Origin: Curvularia clavata
Taxonomy: Eukaryota
DNA: 64,000 nt
Direction: 5' to 3'
Assembly: GCA_023920165.1 (NCBI GenBank)
Contig: CP089276.1
Coordinates: forward strand, 1,054,001-1,118,000
The position numbers and the translations under genes were made by a program. Positions 51,626 through 63,910 of the stretch are shown piece by piece. Every line of letters starts with the position of its first letter. Within the stretch, counting starts at the first letter, position 1. The notes under the pieces were generated by a model, which made no database searches, was not told the DNA's origin, and saw only the letters and a program-made list of their open reading frames with translations.

Positions 51626-52813
51626 CTAGGCACTCACAGTTGCCTCAGCCGCATCGGCAGCCCCAGCCGTAGCAGCCGTCACATCCGGAGTAACCAGGTC
51701 AGCAATCGACATTGGGCCCTCTGGCCAGGGCTTGCCGATTGCGTCTTGGACGCGGATGATTTGGTTCTTTGGGCCTGGTACGCAGCCTGTTTTTGTTAGT
51801 TCGACATACTCTTTCTTGTCTTCTTTTAACCAAAACCACACACACCACCGTCTCTGGAAAGAAATCAAGTAAAAAAGGAAAAACAGACTTACCAGTCACC
51901 ACAACGATCCCATTGCCCTCATCCACCTTCAGCACCCTCAAGTTCTTCACCGTCACACTCTCATTTCCCATATTTCCCGGCATACGCTTTCCAGGCAAAA
52001 CCCTGGATCCAGATCCTTGCGAGCCACCTGCAGAACCCATACCACGATGCATAAGCGATTGACCGTGGGAGGCCGGTTGACCGCCAAAGCCGTGTCGTTT
52101 CATACCCTAATCACACCCCCAAAAAGTGTCAGCCATGCAAACTTTTCCCCCTTCGCTTTCGATTTTCACCATGTGTAATGGAGGAGGGACAAACTTACAC
52201 CCGCAAACCCCATACCCCTACTTATCGCCTTGACATCCACCCACTGGCCCTGACTAAACCAATTCGCACCCACCATGTCCCCCACACCAAGTTGCAAGCC
52301 GCTCTCGTCTTTTACTTTAAACTCTGCGACCCATCTCTTTGGACTCACGCCCGCTGCAGCAAAGTGGCCGAGCATCGGGCGCGTCACGTTGCGAGCTTCC
52401 TTTTGGCCGGCGCCAATCTGCACAGCCCAGTAGCCATTCTTATCCCGTCGCTTGTGTGCGAGCACTTGGTTGCGGTCGAGTTGGAGGACGGTGCAGGCGG
52501 TTCGCTTGCCGGTTTCCGGGTCGTACATGGATGTCATGCCCTTTTTTATGGCGAGGAGACCGGTTCGCAGGGGCGTGCTGTGGGCCTTGCGTTCGAGGGC
52601 CGCAGTCGATGTGCTGTTTAGAGCTGGTTTCGAGGGGTGGTGGGCGAATCGGTCGGGTTTGGGTGTAAAGGTGGATTTGATGGTGCGGATGGAGGTGTAT
52701 GCGACCGCTGGCCGGGCTATTTGGGCACTTTGCTGCAGCAGACATCGTGTCGAGGCTGGCAGCAGCAAGGCTGGAGGCGGAAGCCCCCAATTGAGGGGTA
52801 CCTTGGGCGGCAT
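51626..52813 (-). CDS. MRPL9: Mitochondrial large ribosomal subunit protein uL3m
   Basis: 'RTGLLAIKKGMT', 'GQWVDVKAISRGMGFAG|GMKRHGFGGQPASHG.SL.HR', 'RVLPGKRMPGNMG', 'GCVPGPK'. Two introns. Confidence 0.95.
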
Positions 52814-53359
52814 TGTGGTTGTAGCAGAAACCCGATGGATACAACAACGTTGATGTTCGCCGCGGACATTTTGCAAATCCCGGCGCCCAGCGCACGGATC
52901 ACGTCATGCACGTGAAGCAGCGTTCAGCCTCCCGACTCGCGTGAACTATGTAATCAATCTGATAACGGCAGCCTTGTGGCGTGTACGAGTCATGTGTAGC
53001 CGTATGTACAGCAAGCCAAGAGATGGTTGTATTTTGGTTGCAACGCCATGACCTGCAGGCTGAGCACCAAGATGCAATAGGAGACTTTATAAGTCAGATA
53101 CCGCCCGTTGACCTACGTACACTATGGATCAATCGTCACCCCCCTCATCTCTCTCAAACCCGACAAAAAAACACAAAAACGCGTAGCAATGGGTATCCTC
53201 CGGTTTGTAAAACGCCCTTAACTCCAGGCACCACACGGTGGTGCGTAATGTGACGTACAGTCCTGTATGAAATGTGTTGGAAAGTCTCAATGTCTTTACG
53301 GCACGAGATAGTGCTTGAACAACAGCTAGACTTTTGGGTTGCGGCTTGATAAATCAAAC

Positions 53360-55620
53360 TCAATTGGGCAGTATATTAGCAGGGTTTCCCTGAGCCACAC
53401 AGTTAGGAGGCAAAGTCTGTCGCATGTCAGTAATCATCCGGCGATTGTCGGGTTGTGCTGCAACTTACGTGAGAGACCACCGAGCCTGGGCGCACGATGG
53501 TGTTTTCACCAATCTTGACCCCTGCCTCGATAACGCAGTTGTCGCCAATATAGACGTTCTCCCCGATGTGCACCTCCTGGGCAATCTCCGTTCCGTTACT
53601 GCCTTTGAGGGACTTGATGTCGGTCGGCGTCTTAAGCGTCTGGATCGTAACCCGAGCCCCAATTTTCGTATTCCGCCCGATGCAAATCCTGGCAGAGTCA
53701 TGGAGGTGGCAGTCGGAGCCAATGACTACATTGTCGGCGATGTTCAGGTGGTAGCCGTAGTCACAGGTAAAGGGCGCTGCGACGTAGACGTTGCTACCCA
53801 AGTGGCTGATAACATCGTTGGCGTCTTTTCGAGGTGGTATCCATCTGGCTGCCAGGATGGTCTTGAAAAGGCCCTCCCTTGTCTGCTTGGATAACTGATT
53901 CGAAGCATAGGCTGTGTTATTAAAGTTTTGCTGGGCTCCCATGCATTGGTGGCGCTCATCGATCAGGATCCTGTCGAATGGAAGGAAAGGCTCCCCGGCA
54001 AGCATCTTGTCTTTTTCGGACTTGTACATGATGGAGGAGGCTGGTGGGAAGCGCACCGGTGACTGTGCAGGGGGCAAGGTAGTGGGCAATGGCGGCGGGC
54101 GAGGATGGTGTTGTGTCACATGATGCTGCTGCGGTACGACTGTCTTGGAGGCCCTATATGGTGTCAGCTGATGATTCTAAAGCGCTCTGGATTGAGCTCA
54201 TGGACTAGAGCGTGAAATGGTGCAAATATCGAGTTGAAGTTGATATGTTCAAATTCGGTTGAGCAATTTGATTGCAGGCAGAGAGAAACATCAAGTAATG
54301 AATACTTACAAAACAGGCGCAGGAGTAGGAGCGGGAGCAGGACTGCTGGTGGGAATGTGGCTCCTGCTAGGGGCATGGTGGTAAACTCGAGAACTTTGCT
54401 GGTGAAGCGGCTGTTGCGGTGGAGGTGGCGCTTGATGTTCGTGACTTAGATGTCGCTCATGTTGACTTGGCGGAGGAGGCTGCGAGTACTGGACAGGAGC
54501 TGGTGGGGGAGCTTCTGGCGGGTAAGGAGCCCGAACTGGCGGAGGTGGCGGTGGTGCCGGCTCAGGCCAGTTGTTCCAGGGTTTCCGGTCCTGGCCGTTA
54601 GCTGAACGAATGTCTGGAAGATAGGCAACCTCAGTGGTGTGGGGCGCGCAGTGCGGTATGTGAGGACGATTGCAACCTGGGCATGCGGGTATGGCGGAAA
54701 GCCTCTCTTTGGCCTGCAGCGCAGGCGGGGCTTTTGCAGGCCCGTTTTTTGTCCAAGGCACCTTGTTGGCATAGCCTTCACATACAAAGCCACCTCGAGT
54801 GCAGTTGTTGCCTGTTCAGGGGTTAGATGAATGTCATGTCTGAATATGGTGGTGACTAACATTCAGGTTTGGCTTCATCACACTTCTTCTTTCGCCTTCT
54901 GCAGGTACCACAGCCTGTTTTGGTGCGGTTGGCGAATTGCTACAGAGAATCAGCTAGATACAAGGGCGGCTGGCTGGCTGAAAGGCTTACCCGCTTGCGC
55001 TTCTTTAGCTCTACCTGGACACCGGCGCGAGTGATTTCGGTCGTGTTTGCGTCATCTAGCTCCGTTTCGCCTGCACTACCGATGCGGGCATGCGTGTCTG
55101 ATGGCACGCTAGGGAGAGTGGGTTCAACAGGACGAGGTTCACGGTGGTCAAAGTGCTGATGGCTGGTATGAGGCAGCTCGCGGGGTTCGGTCTGCCAGCG
55201 TCGTTCAGCATCCGGACGGCCCAGGGGCGGTAGACTGGGCTGCTGGGGCGCATCCATGGTGGTCGTGTGCGTGTCGCGGTTCACAGACTGGAAGGGATTT
55301 GGTAGTTGGCGCGAACCGACGGCTAGCTCCCCCGGGCTGCGGCGTAGGATGGGGTCCTCTTCCGAGGCGGAGCGCCTTCTCTTATTGACGCTCTCGGGGG
55401 ATCTGTCTCTGCTGCTGGCGGTAGAAGGACTGGTATCGCTTCTGGGGGAGTGGTAGCTGGTCTCCGGGCCTCGTGAAACCGGACTCCAGGTGGAAGATTT
55501 GGCAACAATGGGTGGATTCTGTTCGTCGGTGGGGCTCACAGACGAGGGACCATTCACGGATGTAAAGGCAGGCCCATGAGGAGCGGCGTTGAAAGCAGGC
55601 ATATGCAGCACGGTCGACAT
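53360..55620 (-). CDS. Zn(II)2Cys6 transcription factor fused to a C-terminal Mac / left-handed beta-helix (maltose/galactoside O-acetyltransferase-like) domain; 5 exons
   Basis: Spliced cluster CGTCRRRKKKCDEAKPEC|NNCTRGGFVC, a Pro-rich linker, then 'SEKDKMLAGEPF', 'APFTCDYG', hexapeptide repeats (IGRNTKIG, IGENVYIG, IGENTIV) and terminal 'GNPA'. Confidence 0.88.
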
Positions 55621-58600
55621 GTCCAAGACGCAATATCAAATGTGGCCGAGCGCTTGATAGGGATTCCAGATGACGAAAAGACTACTGTAAAGGGCACCCA
55701 AGATGTCTCTCCACCATGATACGGTCGCTCAAGGCCTGGGCGGGTCCAGTCTGCTGTTGCACCAAGCAGTGGACGGCTTTGGCGCCTGCACCGTGCAGAG
55801 GAAGGAGAGGGGACAAGACGACAGGCAGAGGTGGAAGTTTTTGTGCTTGGAAGAGAGGCGGCAATAGCGAGGGCAGCAGGGCAGCGAGGGCAGTAGCGAC
55901 AGCAGCTGGCCGTGTAGAGTGGTTGGCAGGCGGTGGGCAGCCGTAGTCGAGATAGGACGTGGTGATGTAGTAGTAGCAGGAGGGACTGGAGAGGGATAGG
56001 GCAGACGGGATGGAGATGGAGGAATGGCTCCTTGACGTGCTAGCAATGCCACGGGAGCAGCAGCAGCAGCGGCTTTTCCATGGCGGGACGAGTGTATAAG
56101 GCGCAAGACGAATGTGGGAGGGGCGACCCGACGCCAGACGCTCCTGCCAGCGGATGAGCAACAGGCTTGCAACGGAGGGCGGCTGTTCGCTCCTTCTGCT
56201 GCTGGCGCAGACCGGGGGTGCAGCCATCCCGGAAGGCGCACCCCGGTCACGCCCCGGTGATTGGTGGCAGGTGCAGGCGCCCCTGCTCCCCGCGTTTATC
56301 TGCCCACCCGGGCCGCTGGCGGGCGAGCAGCGAACAGCGCACAGAGGGGCCAGAGACGCGGTTGCTTCGACTATATGTATTATAGACCCTGCATTGTGGC
56401 CTCTCCCACGTTTTTTTGGCGCAAAAGTCGCGTCTACAGCCCTACAGCCGTTTTCTGGGTGTAGAGGAGGGTAGAGTGGGCGGAGAGGCCTCAAGGGTGG
56501 CACAGACGGCTGCGTGCAACCAGCGCTCCCGGCGTGCTGGTGATCGGCCTAAACGGGCTAGCGCCCTGCAGGCCAACGCGGAACCCTCACCAACCCTCTC
56601 CAACCCTCTCACGACACCGTCGGCCGCTGCCATTGGCCGCCCGCCGCTGCCCGCCGCTGCCCGCCGTCGCCCCTGCTCAAACGCGCGACAATGCTACAAG
56701 GTAGCCGCGCCCGACGCCAGCAGCCAGCAGCCAGCAACAACCACCATGGCCTGATGGCCACGGCTGCGTCGCACCCACATGGTCTTGTTGCTGTCCACCG
56801 CCACCGGCCAACGCCCTGCTGCATCTCGTGCCCGCGCGCCCGCCGCCTGCAAATCAGCTGCTCGTCTGCCTCATCATCAGATCGGTGCCTGCGTATCGCC
56901 CAGCAACCCGCGCGCTTCCACGCCCGCCGCCACGACGCCATAGGGCCAGCGCGCTCCACGGCCACCGACCCGGCCAGAGCACAGCCTTCTCCTAGCCGCC
57001 TGCTGGGACGCCGGAGCCTGCCAGCCAGCCCAGCACCAAACAAGAAGGCGCTCAAGGCATCTCGCCGTGTTTCATTTATCAGCTCCACGCCCACGACACT
57101 CGACGCCCGCATTGCCCGCCTCGTCGCATGCTCTAGTGCCATGTCCTGTCTGTCCACCCATACGGCCGTTGCAACGCTTACCAGAGCGGTGCGCCACATG
57201 GTTGGCTGCCCGGCCCGTCTCATACACATGGTCATCTGCGGGCGCCTCTGATGCAAACTCTGCCCTCCAGGAACCCGCGCGCCAGACCAGAAAAAAAAAA
57301 GGTAAGATGGCCTGGAGCAAACTGGGACAGTGCTCAGTGCGCCAGGCCAACGTAACCCTCGCATGCCCCATCCGCCATCGGACTCTTGTCCTCCCAAACC
57401 AACCTGGCCAATCACACGCCACCATTGCCTCTCCGCTCCTCCACCCACTACACGTTTGCATCTACACTACTCAGACGATGCCTCGTTAAGCGCGGCCGTT
57501 TGTCGGGTGCGTCAGCTTGTCTGCACGCACCGTCATGGCCCTCTAGTCCAACATCATCATCATCGTGCGTGCTGCGAGCATAAGAATCCAGCTCTCCGTT
57601 GACGTGGTTCGTTCTTGCGGCGCGTTCCGTTCCCGCTAGCGATCAGACAAAGAACTGGGACTGCGCCGCACGGCATCGTCTGCTCTGCGCTGTCTGCCGG
57701 AACTCCAATTCGCCAGATGCTCCAAAACGGCTCATCCCTTGCGTTGGTGTTCAGTCAGCACATACACACACCTTCCTAGCTCTGCCCTCCGCCTCATCCT
57801 TCCGTTCGACTCAATGACTCGGCTAGCGAACGGGAAGCGCGGAACCACGCGCTTGTCGCCAACGTCTTCGTCCGCTGTGTCATGTGCCGTGCCTCAATCT
57901 CTTTCTCGACCGCCATCGCTTATGCCATCTGCTCCTCCGTGACCAAAACCATGTTATGCACACGCTACCATGACTTATACACCAGACTCGCCCTTGGGCT
58001 CGTCTCCGCCTGCATGCATGCCATACAGGGCGGATCCATTGACCCACTGAAACAAGCCATGGCCAACTGCCTCCAACACCTCCAACTATGCTCAAAACGA
58101 TCTCTTTTTATTAAATGCCGCCGCACACCACGACTCCAAGCAGGTTGACATATTCGTCTTCACCGATAATCAGCTGCAGGATTCGCCGTCGGCAAAACAC
58201 CGCGGCATTATCCAGTAGAGGTCCACACCTCGTGCAGCGTGCTATACTTGTTTGGATGCCGCCCAACATCATGAGCACTCTTCCCTGATGTGTCTCCACA
58301 CACACAGGAACTCCCTTTCCAGAAGAGGCAGAAATGCGAGGGAATCATAGACTGACCTTTCTTGGCCCGAAGCGACCGTGGCCGGCACCCTGCGGCATGG
58401 TAGGCCACTCAACGCTGCGGCACAAACTCGATCCTTGCTATTCCTCCATGCCGTCTTGGACTAGGTGTCTCTCCACGGCCTTGTGAGACACTTCCACCGA
58501 GATGGTACTCCTCGTGGCTGACCTGCTTCTATTTTTGTTGCAGGGGAGATAACAGACATTGGTTTTGGACCCAGTCTGGGGAACGTCTAATACAGGGCAC

Positions 58601-59538
58601 GTAGGGCACCGAAGTTCACCCTTTTGAAAACTTCCCATGTTCCGCCTGGGAATTTCCAACACCTCGGCCGAATTCCATGTATACCTACGTGATTGAAACG
58701 GTAAGAGGAACACGGAAATGCCACGTTCGCCTTCTGCCTCGGCGCCATCGCGCCAACCTGTTCAACTTCGGAGAGTATCCGTTATTTTGACCTTTGTAGG
58801 CTTCCACTACAGCGTTTCCAGTAGCTTGGTCAAGATTACTACAGCTTGTTTTCCTGCACGGAAATAACCAAAGACATGCAGGTAGAGAGATTAACTCCGT
58901 GAACAGGGACAAGTGTCTGATGTATACACATATGGAGTATATAAAAAGCCAACCCCACCAAAAACAGTTTCACCTACGCGCCCCCTCTTTCCAGGTAAAA
59001 CGTTCCTCATGCTTACACACGCACTTGTAGGAACATTCAATTTTTAGCCGCCCGTATTGTGCCAATCTCCTCATTGCAGTTGAAAATATCAATGCCAGAG
59101 GCAGAGCGCTTACGCCCAAGTTTCGTATGTCATGGCCCCCACATGCTCTGTTACTTTCTCGAGATTTGCTATGCATGCTGCACTGGTTGCGTCACCCGTC
59201 ATGCTACATCGTATTGCTCCTCGTGTGTCGAATCAAAAGGTGGAAGAAATATCCGACGACCAAGGCACGCGGCCCAACGACAGAATGTGACAACATCATC
59301 ACAAGATCCGATTGGAAGGATAACTTTTCAACCTCACATCTCCACCTGTTTTTTTTTAATTCCAGCTATCGAATCTCCCGTCTCTTCTACCCCTGTGCCC
59401 TCCGTATCTTTCCCACGCCATGTCCCTTGTGCAGTCTAGACGAATAAAAAGAGTAGAATGGGATGAGGATGGGAGTGCCCCACACACCCCTGAGACCACC
59501 AGTAGTATGCTAAGTGGTATGATGTAGGATTGCAAGGG

Positions 59539-59627
59539 GCATCCCAAGTGGTGTCTTTTCTAGCATCCCGAGTGGTGTCTTTACTAGTATCCCAAGTGGT
59601 GTCCTTACTAGTATCCCAAGTGGTATC
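59539..59627. repeat. 24-bp minisatellite, ~3.7 copies
   Basis: gcatcccaagtggtgtcttttcta / gcatcccgagtggtgtctttacta / gtatcccaagtggtgtccttacta / gtatcccaagtggtatc. Confidence 0.9.
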
Positions 59628-60262
59628 GGGCCAAATACCACAAATAGTATCACCCGTAATACCCACAAAAAACACAAGCCCATCACAACAATGCTAACAG
59701 CCGATGGATATAATTTCCACACGTTTCTCGCCTACAAACCCAGCAGCACACTTGCATCCATCCATTAATCTGATTTGAACCAGCGAGATTCCAAAAAAGA
59801 AGAAGATTGATTTTCCCAACACGATCCAAATTTCGGGGGGGTATCTGAAGAGAAAACTAAATGCCGCGGTAAAATATGATGTACATGGGATACGACTGCG
59901 AAAAAAATAAAGACAAGGCAAGAAAAAAAAAGGGTGAAAAAAAAGGGTATGAAAGCAGAAGACCATGATACACATTCGCTTCTTCTCCTCTTCCCAATGA
60001 ATACACCCCCACGCGCCCCCCTTTTGTAGAAACAGCCCATCGTCTAGTGACGTGGGCGTTCTATAGTGATTGCACATGCTCTCTCTCTCTCTCCCTGGCA
60101 TGGCTTAATCCTCCTCTTGATTTCCGCAGTTTCCTCATGCTCTAACTTCTTCAAGCTCTCCCTTTGACCTTTTCCAAAACTGCTCCAACCTCCTCTCCTG
60201 CGGAAAAAAACTCCTCCTGAGAAGTGGGACTGATATATACATGCCATGTACGCATGCAGCAT

Positions 60263-61702
60263 CTAGTCTGTCTTCCAGTGACTTGTCAAACGGCCATCGT
60301 CATCGGCGTTGGAAATCTTCAGCTCAATAGCATAAAGACCCATGGTGATACCTAGATTGATCCAGCGCCAAAAGTTGCCGCCAGCATCTCCGCCTTGGTT
60401 CGTCCACCACTCGCCCGTCACTGCACTGCCGTCGCTGCCGTTTCCGCTGGCAAAGTGCTGCATGAGCAGACTGGTGTAGACAGCGATGATAATGCTTGGG
60501 CTGAACCACGTCAAAAAACCAAGAATCTTGGACGTTTCGTCGTCATCGTCTAGACTGGGCTCCTGCGATAGCGCACGAGCACCGCTTTCTCTGATGGCTG
60601 GGATAATGCGAGCCGCGGCATACATGACGAAGACACGGTAGGCCAGGGAGATGATGACTGAGGGCGTGATGGTCATGATAGCACCGACCATAAGATTGAA
60701 GCCAGTGTGGGCAATGGTAGGCAGGGAACCAAGAGCGTGAAGAAGCGTCGTGTACGAGGCCATGATGATGGGAGGTAACGGAGGCAGTGCGGGCTCAGAC
60801 CAAGTGTTAGCCTCAGTCTGTGAGCCTGGAGAAGGCTGGTAGTCGGTGAAGATCTGATAAATGCACAGCGTGACATAGGCAAACTTTGGTGGTCAGCAAG
60901 GGAAGGAAAGCGACCAAGGGACGTTACTCACCAAAAGAGAAGATTCAACTGGGTTGCCCCGTGCACTGACAATGCCCCAGCCGCCGAGGAAGATGGCAGT
61001 AGTGATAGCAACGCCAATGAGAATGGCGTCAACGTTGCTAATCTCAGGGAAAGTGGTGATGCGCCACAAAAAGTAGACAGACGTAGAAATGATGGAAGCG
61101 GAAGTGATGAGGAGACCAATCTGCAGGCATAAATATTAGCAATGCTCGATATAGGGTTGTGAAAAAAAAAATCTCACCATCCAGCTGTCGCCGCGCTCTC
61201 GGTTCACTACCCATCGTGTAATCTGTCCTGCGGCTTGAATGACCAACAAACTGCAGAAACCCTCGGCCACCTGAAACACAGGAGTGCTGTATCTCAGTGT
61301 CTTGTCCCAGGCACCTATCGAGACGCTTTGCAACAAGCCCTCGGAACCAAATATCCATTCATGCACGCTGGTAAAGTCGGCCCTCTTGCCGCCAAAGGTG
61401 CGCTCGACCCAGCCCGAGTCGTTGTCGGCATCAATTGAAAACTTGTTCAGACTCCATATCAACAGGGTGGGGATTGCCAGCCACTGCGCCCAGGCGACGA
61501 CATTACACAGAAACCATCGGAAGCGTGAGGATTGGGGTGTGGCCAGGCGGAGGATCGAGTAGACAAAGTAGTATGCGCTGAGGGACAGGGAAAAGGCCAA
61601 GCCACACGTTCGGCCACCAATGTCGAAGGCGAGGGGGATGGTGAAGATGATGGCGCCGAGAAAGGTCGTGGACGAGATTACTCTCGTTGCTGTAGACCAC
61701 AT
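60263..61702 (-). CDS. ICE2: ER membrane protein Ice2 (3 exons)
   Basis: 'TIPLAFDIGGRTCGLAFSLSL', 'STPVFQVAEGFCSLLVIQAAGQ', 'RGNPVESSLL|FAYV', 'SPSIIIAVYTSLLMQH'. Confidence 0.92.
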
Positions 61703-62535
61703 GTGCGGACGCCGTCGTCGCCAAGCTCGTGCAGCGACGAGCCTGGCGGGTGACTTGGGCGACGGCGGTCAAGGAAAAGAGGCGTGGGCGCTTGAGTCGC
61801 GCAGTCGGCGCGGAGAAGCTCGAAGGGAATCCCTCGGGGAGCGAGGGAGCGAGGGAGCGGGCGGCGTGGTCGAAGTTGGGCGGACAGCGGGTTGGTGTGG
61901 TGTTGGCTATCGACTATCTTCACGTGTCAATTTCGCCTAGCAGTGCTCGAGCTTTGCGGGCGGCTTGATGCTGACTAGCTGCAATCTTGGAGACAGCAGC
62001 CGGCAGAAACCAGTAACAGGAGACGGGCCTTGGTGCCGCGCTGGCGAGGCACTTTTGATGCTTCCGCAAGGGTGGTTGGCTATATGTGTGTACAGTGTGG
62101 GTGTACAGAGGGGAGTGTTGGGTGCTCGCGTGCGCAACCTTGGAACCACGCCAGGGGGACGGAACCACGGCACAGGGTTGGGCGATGGCGTATTGTTCTG
62201 GTGAAGCGTCTTTGTCGCCGGTGGTCCTGGCCGTCTGTCTCGATAGGTGAGCGAGTCTTTCGTTATTGCGCACAGCTTTTTGATGCCGACATGGGTGTGC
62301 TGGACAGAGCTCAGATGGCACCCCACTAGTGCCCGGAGAGAAGAAATGCGCCAAGCCTGCGCCGCGGGACCGTCCTTCTCTGATGCCGGTCGCCAAAGGA
62401 TTCTACTACATAGCGACTACAGCAGCCATCAATCGCATGCAAAGCCGTCGTTGTTTGCTCAATACTTTTGTTAGAACCATATCGAGTGCACAAAAACCGT
62501 ATAGACACCCTTACTTTGCTTATTCTACCCGGACA

Positions 62536-63648
62536 ATGGCTTCTGAAAACCCCACCAAGAGACTCAAGACGGATGCGCCCTTGATCGGAACACACAAGTA
62601 GGCCAATGGAAACCGAAGACAGATGAGCAGGACTGACTCCAATAGTGGCCACTTCCACGCCGACGAAGCCCTCGCCGTCTCCATGCTGCAGCTCCTTCCT
62701 GCGTACCGCGACTCGCAGCTCGTCCGCACCCGCGACCCCGCCGTCCTTGCCGAATGCCATACCGTCGTAGATGTGGGCGGCGAGTACGACGATAGCAAGA
62801 GGCGCTACGACCACCACCAGCGCGGCTTCGAGGTCGTGTTCCCAGGCCACCAGACCAAGTTGTCTTCTGCGGGACTGGTCTACATGCACTTTGGCAAGGA
62901 CATCATCACTGCTGTTACCGGACTGCAGGGCTCCGACCGTGATCTGCTCTACGAGAAGATTTACAACGACTTCATCGAGGCCTTTGACGCCAATGACAAT
63001 GGTATCAACGTCATTTCGCCCAAGGATCTCGAGAAGGCGGGGCTGGAGAAGAAGTTTGAGGACCGCGGCTTCAGCATCGCCAGCGTCGTCAACCGCTACA
63101 ACTACGGCCCCAAGTCCCCTCTTGCCGACGAAGCCAAGACACCCGAGGCCAAGCAGGCAGAGGAGGACATGCGCTTCATGACGGCGTCTCGCTTTGTCGG
63201 CGAGCAATTCCGCTTTGAGCTGATTGACCGTGCTGAATCGTGGCTCCCTGCACGCCACAAGGTCAAGCAGGCCTACGACAGCCGTCTTCAGTATGATGCT
63301 CAGGGACGCATCTTGGTGCTTCCCGAAGGCATGCCCTGGGCCGACCACCTGTACACGCTGGAGAAGGAGACCCCGCAGCCCGAGGGCGTTGCCCCGCAGG
63401 TGCTCTACGTGCTCTTCCCCGAAGACAAGCCAGAGGGCAAGTGGCGCATCCGCGCTGTGAGCAAGGAGAACGGCGGCTTCGAGAACCGCAAGGACCTTCC
63501 AGACGCCTGGAAGGGTGTACGTGACGAGCAGCTTGACCAGGTATCTGGCATCCCTGGATGCGTCTTTGTCCACGCTGCCGGCTTCATTGGAGGCAACAAG
63601 ACGTATGATGGTGCGCTGGCTATGGCGCAAAAGGCGCTGGAGATGTAA
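62536..63648 (+). CDS. MYG1: MYG1 (UPF0160) DHH-type 3'-5' exonuclease; possible longer isoform from ATG 62437
   Basis: 'IGTH|NGHFHADEALA' across intron ~62598-62646, 'RTRD', 'VVDVGG.YD...RYDHHQ', 'KLSSAGLVY.HFG', 'FVHAAGFIGGN'. Confidence 0.95.
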
Positions 63649-63848
63649 GAGCCGGTGGGGGAATTGAGATGGATGAAGCAACGACAGTTGCTTTTACATT
63701 GCATATAGCATTGTTTGGCGTTTTGGCACTTCATATCAAAAGTTATGATACCACCATGCGGGGCATGGTTCTGGATAGAATCACGGAATAGCCATGATTT
63801 GGCCATGTAACTGTGGCGTGTGAACCACCTTTCGACTCCCTGTTTGTG

Positions 63849-63910
63849 ATGTACCTATTCATGTACCTATTCATGTACCTATACATGTACCTACGTACCT
63901 ACGTACCTAC
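63849..63910. repeat. Compound tandem repeat (ATGTACCTATTC)x3 followed by (GTACCTAC)x3
   Basis: Directly visible, downstream of MYG1. Confidence 0.85.

Noticed and set aside
55682..57489. Several 170-280 aa ORFs on both strands
   Set aside because: GC-rich low-complexity sequence with few stops; implausible composition, overlapping frames and weak or non-ATG starts.
59539..59627. CRISPR-like array
   Set aside because: Contiguous tandem units with no spacers, in a eukaryotic genome with no cas genes.
62326..63681. 451 aa antisense ORF over MYG1
   Set aside because: Shadow ORF caused by the strong GC3 codon bias of MYG1; no recognisable domain.
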